Source: Marsupella aquatica
Lineage: Eukaryota; Plantae; Marchantiophyta
Length of the DNA: 64,000 nt
Direction: 5' to 3'
Assembly: GCA_973895155.1 (NCBI GenBank)
Contig: OZ316897.1
Location: 19,905,224 to 19,969,223, forward strand
A program made the position numbers and the translations under genes. Positions 56,439 to 64,000 of the stretch are shown piece by piece; position 1 is the stretch's first letter; the number at the start of each line of letters is the position of its first letter. The notes beneath the pieces were generated by a model. That model was not told the origin of the DNA. It did not search any database and worked only from the letters and a program-made list of their open reading frames with translations.

Positions 56439-58091
56439 AGGCCAGGAATTGGAACCCACAATCGGTAGGAATCATGAGGTGAATAGTGTGGGTGAATTGG
56501 AAGCCTGAAGACAAACTCTACACTACGGAGTTCCTGCAGTCTTCATGATTTCGCCCTGATGGTTTTCATTTCAGCGGAGTCGAATCTCGTAGAAGTCTTA
56601 ATAAGCGTTTCGGGGGCTCGTCAGATTAGGATTTGGTTTAGTCGTCTCTGATCTGAGCAGGATGACCCAGTTGCAGGAGAGGTGAATTGTGTGCTTGGAA
56701 AGACGGGCGGGACATTGCTACACCGTTGTTGGTCCACTGGGATCGATGGTAGAATTTTGCCTTGCTGCTTGGAGCATCTTCGGAGACGATGCACAAATTG
56801 ATCTGCGAAGGGTCTCCAGTGCCACCTCCCAAGCAGTACAAGAGTGGCTAAATGTAGTACCATCAACCACGCAAGTTCTTAACAAAGAAACTCAGGCTTC
56901 TGTCGAAAAGAGAAATCCCGATCAGATTCCCATCATTCAACGGGCACGGAAAAATCCAATGGATCGAGAGGCTAGTTAATGATGATGATGCAATTTGGAT
57001 TGTCTAGTTGGCCTTGTGAGGAGTTGACTGAAGAAGCTTTACAAATCATTATTTAGCTCTCACCCTTCAGCCAAAGAACCCGAGAAGTGTCTCATCCTCG
57101 TCTAGGCTGAGGCAGGGCATCTCCTCATCGGTTTGCTTGTGAAGTAAAGTTATCACCAACATCTTGAGGACAGCTTCAACAAGGGACTCAATTGCTGGAA
57201 GTTTTACTTTGCACTTGCTTTAAGCCAACGACAATACATAAATCCCCGTGACATGAAAAGTAATTATCCTCATTTCATTAACGCCCAAGATACAGAAATC
57301 TTGCAACTCGACTCGTTGCTCTTATTGTAGGGCCACAGTTTTAGTCCCTCTACTGTTTGGCGGATCTTGTGACAACTACTGGTGCCTCAATGCCACCAGT
57401 TGTATTGTGACAAACCATTTCACCATGAAGACCTGCGACCTTTGTTGTCCCTTAGCATCAGTACTATCTTTGATACTTGCCTTTTTCTGCGTTGACATCG
57501 CGCTGGAAATGTCAAAAGAATGTGTTTGTAATGTGTCCACCAAAACTTCCATTCAGATGGGATATATACTCGCCTACGTCCCTTTTTCCTCCACATTGTC
57601 CTGATAACCACTTTCTCCATGATGTTGGAAGACTAGAACAAGGCTTCGCAGAGTAAAGGATACTCTGGTAGGTAAACATGGCTAAGAGTTACTCTTTAAT
57701 CAGTCAGGAACTTTGACACAGAAGAGGGACAGTATTTTCAAGTCTCCTGAGGCTCTAGGGATATCCTTGCCTAAACCACTAGATCAGGAACGTTGACACA
57801 TAAGAGGGACAGTCTTTTCAAGTCTCTTAGGGCCCTAGAGATGTCCTTGTGGCAGTCGCTGAACTACTAGATCGACTGAGAGTCCAATTCGTTCAGCAAA
57901 TTATTTTCTGCAGCGATAGAATGTGATCCATGACAATTCTCTTCTCCCAGTGCCGCATCACCTCAGGGATTCCTTAGGAGCTTATGATGGATACAGAGAA
58001 TGGACTCCCAATCCTTGAAGCCTGGACAACTTCACCACTTATAAGGCCCTAATCATGAAAAAATAGCATTTCTCAATTTTCAGGATGACTT

Positions 58092-61000
58092 TTATGTTAC
58101 TCCAGAGCGTAGTACATAGCGCCTGGTGCTTGCCCCAAAGGTAACCACATCTCCTACATGCAACTGCTGTTTCGTGGCAGGTGCCAACCTCAAATTGTTG
58201 ACGAATGTGCCATGAACAGAGTTCAAATCCAGAATGCTTGCACCAGATTCACGATCATAGTCTAGCCTTGCATGCTGTATGCACCATCGCCTCAGTCAGA
58301 CAATCTTCTAGTATATACAATGAAAGCAGCACACTTGCAAGCTTGGCACTTGATCAGGGTGAAGCCTTGAACAACATTAACGACTTTCCAAGGTCTCCAA
58401 AAAACAACAACAAAGCTACAGACCAAACAAGAAACAAAGCTTAAAGAGTGTTGAAAATTACCTGTCGAGATATGGAGGCGTGATCCAGGACAAGGTCGCA
58501 CATTGAACCACGTCCACATGCAAGAACATTGGATTCAGGGAAAGCCAACGTTCCAAGCAATGTTCCTTCCTGGAGACACAAAGTAGTCAATTATCACAAT
58601 AACATGAAAGGTGAGTCCATACAAGCATTCTCTTACATCTCAAAACTACCACGAATAAATTGAATAAATCACTGCATTTAAATAAATTTTTTGCAAGACT
58701 CCTTTTCAGCAGGAATGCCAAATCGTTGGTTTCAATTTGTGATTCTGTGCAATTCAAAACTCAGTGAGGGCTGCTATTCTCCTGGTACGCTACTCTTTAG
58801 TTCTCTATAATGAGAACCTTGCCTTCCTCTATTTTCAGACATAGATTGAAAAATTCAATGACCCCTGTAGAACTCTGGCCTTTTAATCGTACTAGTAGGA
58901 TATGAGTAGTTGGTACCCATTAGATTGGATCGGGCGAGTAATCATCCTTTCTGTTATTTGCATTCCTTCACAAATATTTACACGGCTTTTGTGTCTTGAA
59001 GCTCAATTGAATGAATGGTTTCATTGGCAGATACCCTCACGGATAGATGAGATTCGAAGATAAGAGGGTTTCTCACTTTCAGAACATCAAAGATGAGTGG
59101 AGCTCCCTTCTGTTCGACATTTGAATGAGCTCTTAGTTGCATATTCTCCCGGATATCCTCAGAAGCTGGGTCTTCTTGGGAGGCCAAACCAAGGTCATGT
59201 TCATATTTGCATAAACATTGCATGAATCCAGGATTTGGATCCACTTGCCTGCGTTGCTGCTTCAAGAATCTGCAGTAGACATAAAGTAAAATTCTTAGAA
59301 ACAAGTCCAAAGCTTGAAAAACACATTGATGTTAGACTCGGAAAATGTTCAGTAGATTATGGAAAGAGAAATAATGAACTAACATGTATCAGTCGTTGAC
59401 TTGCGGCCTAATTACAATGTCATTTGAAGGACCTTGGGAAAGCACTGACTTGAGGGTGTGATCAGCTTTCCATTTGTTAACACGCATCAGATATGCTGCA
59501 CAGAGAGTGGCAGAGCGACTTGCACCAGCACCACAATGCACCAGTACTCTCTTCTTTGATTTTCTTGCATCCTCCACAAAATGAAACATCCTTTCAAAGT
59601 ATTGGGTAATGTCTGCTTTGCTCTCATCTGCAGTGACATTCGAGCAGTGACAACCTTTATAAATTGTACGGCAGACATATCATAATTTTACCCACCACTC
59701 CAGCACACAAAGCGAATCTCAGAAAAGCTGTGTCTCCGCCCTCATAGCTTCCAAACAGTAATCGTTATTTGCTGGTTATAGCTAAGCTTAGCAGATATTC
59801 ACACTCCAATGATCTTGACCATATCAAGCATTCTGTTGCATCTTTAATTAGGCAAGAAAAGCCAGTACCAGCCAATTCGCAGAAAAGCTGAACAAATCCA
59901 CTGGATAGTTTTACAGGCTCGGTGTGTATAGTCAAAACGTGACTTATTTGGAGATCCTCCAGATTCCGCTCTGCTGTAGCATGCTCTAAGTCACCCAAGT
60001 ATAAGAGTCTTGGCACAATCTGCCAAATAAATGAATTCAGCACAAGATCAGAGATGGTACGGGTGGATCTGAAAACATTAAGGGAAGAACAGAGCTACTA
60101 CAGCCTCAGCATAAAAGTGAGCGTCTAGCGTGAAGACAGTAAGTCAGGATTCAGACAATGCTCGGCGGGGATTTTAAAAATCGCAACCATGTCATGCGCA
60201 ACTCTACACTACCTTCTCGAACGTCGTAATATCAGATTAGGGATAAGAATGTGTAGACTGTCCAGAAATGTGATTGAAGTTTTTTAACTCAAATTCAAAA
60301 AGATTTACCTCTGTAGGGTAGCCAGAAACAACTCCTGCTTTCTGAGACCTTGTTACAAGAAATGGATATCGTTTGGCGAAAGCAGAATACGAATCCTTCT
60401 CTTTATCTGAATACGCTGAAGAAATGATTCAGAACCCTTCTATCTCAACTCAACATGACATTTATTTTGACGTATACTTAATGGATATTCAACTGCCTCC
60501 AGTACGCGTTCGTAATCATCGTCTCTGAGAACTGGGAAAAAATGGAGACATAGAAAAACGGACGAAATTTAGATCAATGGGGCAACAAAAGTTACAGAAC
60601 CGATTGCAACATGCCCAAACAGGCGTCCATTAGTATTCAATGAGGAAAACTATAATTATGCAGCCTTTGCACGCTTCAGGGTATATGCTCCTAACTTGAC
60701 CAACTCGCTAATTTAGTACATCTCTAGATTGAATTTCTAAGAGAAAAAATGAATTGGTTCCTCACTAATTTCCTGGTGTTACAAGGAGGGAACGAAGTAA
60801 TTTGGTGAATTATCGAGGACAAGAACACCGCACCGATTCCATAATTGGTTTTGTCCACAAGTTCCGAAAGATTTCAAGAGTAACTCATATACAACACTTC
60901 TTACCATCTTCAGTCTCAAGGATCCTGAGAGACTTCATTCGGTTTTCTGAGAGTAGAAACTTAATGACTTCATCAACATCCTCTTCACATCGATCCTCTC

Positions 61001-61304
61001 GACCGTGTCTTGGCCGCTTTCTCCGCCGATCATGGGCACCTGAATCCAGCTGCATATCCTTCAACATCTTCGATTCACGAGTATATTTGGGCGAGACAAC
61101 GAGCACATGACGACCCCACCAGCAGTCTCGTGACCATGCAGGAGGTCCAGGTCCAGCTACATACTCCAGAGTGCTCCGATTCGACGCAATTTTCACGCAG
61201 ATTGACCCTCTGATGTGACGATCCAAATAGGCACGCGCCGGTCGCGAATCCAGCACTAGAAGGCGCGGATCATCCAAGAGAGCATTGTACGCTTTCCAAG
61301 CCAT
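58092..61304 (-). CDS. Rhodanese (Cdc25-homology) domain + dual-specificity phosphatase + C-terminal FHA domain protein (~439 aa, 7 exons)
   Basis: Exons 61304-60905, 60415-60309, 60019-59869, 59627-59450, 59269-59077, 58569-58462, 58274-58092. All introns are GT-AG and the 1320 nt stay in frame. Rhodanese: LLVLDSRPARAYLDRHIRGS...YSAFAKRYPFL. DSP: YPTEIVPRLLYLGD...VLVHCGAGASRSATLCAAYLM...PNPGF. FHA: CGRGSMCDLVLDHASISRQHA...LDLNSVHGTFVN...GDVVTFGASTRRY. Confidence 0.9.
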
Positions 61305-61980
61305 TGTTCAACTCACTGAAATGCTTCAATCATTGGAATCCTTCCAAGTTCTCCGCATTGTCGACCTCTGACCCTAAAATGCCTACAGGAACCAAGATTT
61401 CATCCACACATACAAAACTTATTCGCCGTAGGAAACAAGACCTGCTCAGGCTGAGCGTCTACTCTTATACAGCCACAGAGAACAAAATTTCTCATCAACC
61501 CAATCAGCTCTAACCGAGAAATCTCCATTGCTCTAGCACCCAGCAAAACCACAATCAGCAAGTGCCACAATTCGAAAGTCAGGAACGGAAGAAATGGGCA
61601 ACGAGCAAGGACCAAATTCCTACCCGGATCTCATGATGCAGAACAACTAGAATTGAAAAGACCATCAGGAGGGCAGTCAAGGTGCTCGGTTCTGCTGCAC
61701 TATGGCCTCTGTAGCACCATCACAAACATCGTTGATTCCATGTCTTCCACGTTAAAAAAAACTGCGAAGCAAGCACAAGGGTTTTAGGGGTCTTCATGCA
61801 GTAACCAAGCCACATTCTATTTGAGCGATGAAATTCGCTGAAGCTGGATTTGGGCGATGAAATTCGCCGAGGCTCTGCACAATGTTCTGCTCTGTACGAA
61901 TTCCGGTCCAAAGCGATAATTAGGTAGCCTCACTTAGGTAGCAGAGCCAAAAGCCACCTAAGTGAGAGTAGGGGCCAAAC

Positions 61981-62066
61981 AAGAGGCAAACCCAAATTAA
62001 TTATTTAAGAGGCAAACCCAAATTAATTATTTAAGAGGCAAACACAAATTAATTATTTAAGAGGCT
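61981..62066 (+). repeat. 26-bp tandem repeat x3 upstream of the phosphatase gene
   Basis: aagaggcaaacccaaattaattattt occurs three times. Confidence 0.95.
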
Positions 62067-64000
62067 AGGGCAAACAACTGCAAAAAGCCCAGGCTGCAAA
62101 TTTCAAAGATTTTGCACTTCTAGATACTTTGCTATATGTGCAAGTGCACAAGTCTTTGAAATTCTAGATACTTTAATTGCACATAGCCTTAGTTTACACT
62201 CGATGTCCCAAGTTTCCCTGGATTTCTGCCTACATGATGGATGGCACAAGAGCCATCCTGTACATGGATTGGTGCAATCTGACGATACTCTATGTAACTT
62301 GTCAAGCACTTATCAATAAAGGCATGCGTTATCCCTCATGCACTTGTGGGCAATTGGAAGCATACTTACTTATGCACTGTTTGCACTTATATATTTTCCA
62401 TGTAGAGATGGTCAACATGCACTTCATTAAAAACTGGATCTAAATCATTAAAGACTGCTAATTGTTGGGTATTGGTCCTTGCTCCTGCCTGACTCGCTTG
62501 TCATTAGGCCGCTGGTTGGGGTGAGTCCAGAGGGAGGGAGTCAGGACTCAAGTGGGGAGGGAGGGGAGTTAGTTCAGTTGCAGCGCGGCGGGCCAAACTT
62601 GATCGTATCGTGCTTTCAGGGCTGGAGACGCAGCAGGGCCAGCTGTGGGGCGAGGCAGACAAGACTAGTGTGACTCCGTGTCGCCACTACACTGCAATTC
62701 AAGTGAGGACTGTTTGGGGTTTTTTTTTTGTCTTATTGCTTCCATTTTCCCATTTTCAATTTTTCTCATCCTAAAAGTTCTGGAAAGGTTAAACGATGAC
62801 CATGCAGAGTCAAAAAAGGCAGAACCCTTTTATATATTATAGTTTTTGATTCTTGTTAGAGAGGGCAAAGGTGAGAGCATGGGGATGCAAGATGGGTGAC
62901 AGCAACAACCACATCATAGAGTCCAAGCATGGTTCCGCAATGGGAGTGAACACTTGTTGTTTTATTATTTAAAATTTATTAAACAAATATAAATACAGAG
63001 AAATATTTTTCAATTTTAAGGAGAAAATAAATCATATATATTTTTCTATCAGGTGATTGACAAAATCCAACAGAAAAACTTGTCCCCCTATTTATCCTTG
63101 TTTTGTTTTCCTCACCCTTTCTACTTTTCTCCATTTTTTCATTTTTCAAATGGAGTTGGATGAACGCACTTAGAGGAGGTCTGACCTTGTTAGGCCCAAC
63201 TCCAACATCACCGTCAGGGTTAATACTTGCAAGTGGAAAATATAGGGCCTAGAGAAGATAAGATGAGAATAAAGGATGGTGGATGGCGACTTGTGAATAT
63301 CATGAATCAAATATCAGGTATTGGACAATTAGGAATATATATTTAGTGATTTATATTAATAGATCAGAAATAAGGCTTACTGAGTACTTGTTGCCACCAA
63401 GGCTTCAGCGGATAGAGGAAGTGGGATTACCTATTGTTGCCTCCCTTCCCTGATCTGTTTCACAAAAAATATGGTTAAATTAACCAGCCCCTACTAATAG
63501 AAAGAGAGGAAGTGTTAAAGATCAAATGTACTCTTCACTTCTAAAAAGGCATTTAAAAGCTTGAGATTATAGGGGAATAGAGATGCATATCAATGTGTGC
63601 AGCATTGTGATAACCTCACCGAAGAGAACATTACAAACAATGATGAATTAACCAATTAACTTCATGTTTGCTGCACTGTAAATATTACATTTCAAACTGC
63701 CCAAAAACAAGGGGCGCCTAACCCGGAGACATGATCCCTCAGGCAAAAGACCCGATCAAGGGGGGGACAACCAAAGGGCCAAGAAAGGCCAGGAAGCAAA
63801 GAAACAAGAGACAACCTAAGCCCTAAAAACCAGAAGCCCAAAACCTACTGAACTGCAAACTGAAGAGCCTGGTAGAACTCTCCAGTGTGAACTGCATAGG
63901 AGGAGGTTTGTCTGTAGAGGAACTAGTGTGAAGGCCTAACAAGGGAACAAACTACGCTAATGATTTATTCCTCACAAACAAAAACAAACTAATAATATTC

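Overview
Eukaryotic land-plant genomic DNA with GT-AG spliceosomal introns. The gene style, especially the intronless 'MDPEVW' F-box gene, suggests a bryophyte, probably a liverwort; this is an inference. I rebuilt six apparently intact genes by hand, with exon phases that add up: a peroxisomal acyl-CoA oxidase of the ACX3 type (8826-14402 +), a START/SRPBCC-superfamily protein (24010-28667 +), a small probably mitochondrial conserved protein (30450-32182 -), an intronless F-box protein (36426-37610 +), a group-I calcium-dependent protein kinase (39396-44255 -), and a phosphatase with an unusual rhodanese + dual-specificity phosphatase + FHA architecture (58092-61304 -), which is the most interesting feature. 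The intergenic space is rich in transposon relics: a truncated transposon-like ORF at the window start, a poly(A)-binding-protein pseudogene bracketed by inverted repeats, a ~2 kb foldback element containing a solo LTR with a perfect 5-bp target-site duplication, tRNA-derived SINE copies, and many short tandem duplications. No CRISPR array, rRNA or intact tRNA was seen. No database searches were run; family assignments rest on motif recognition.
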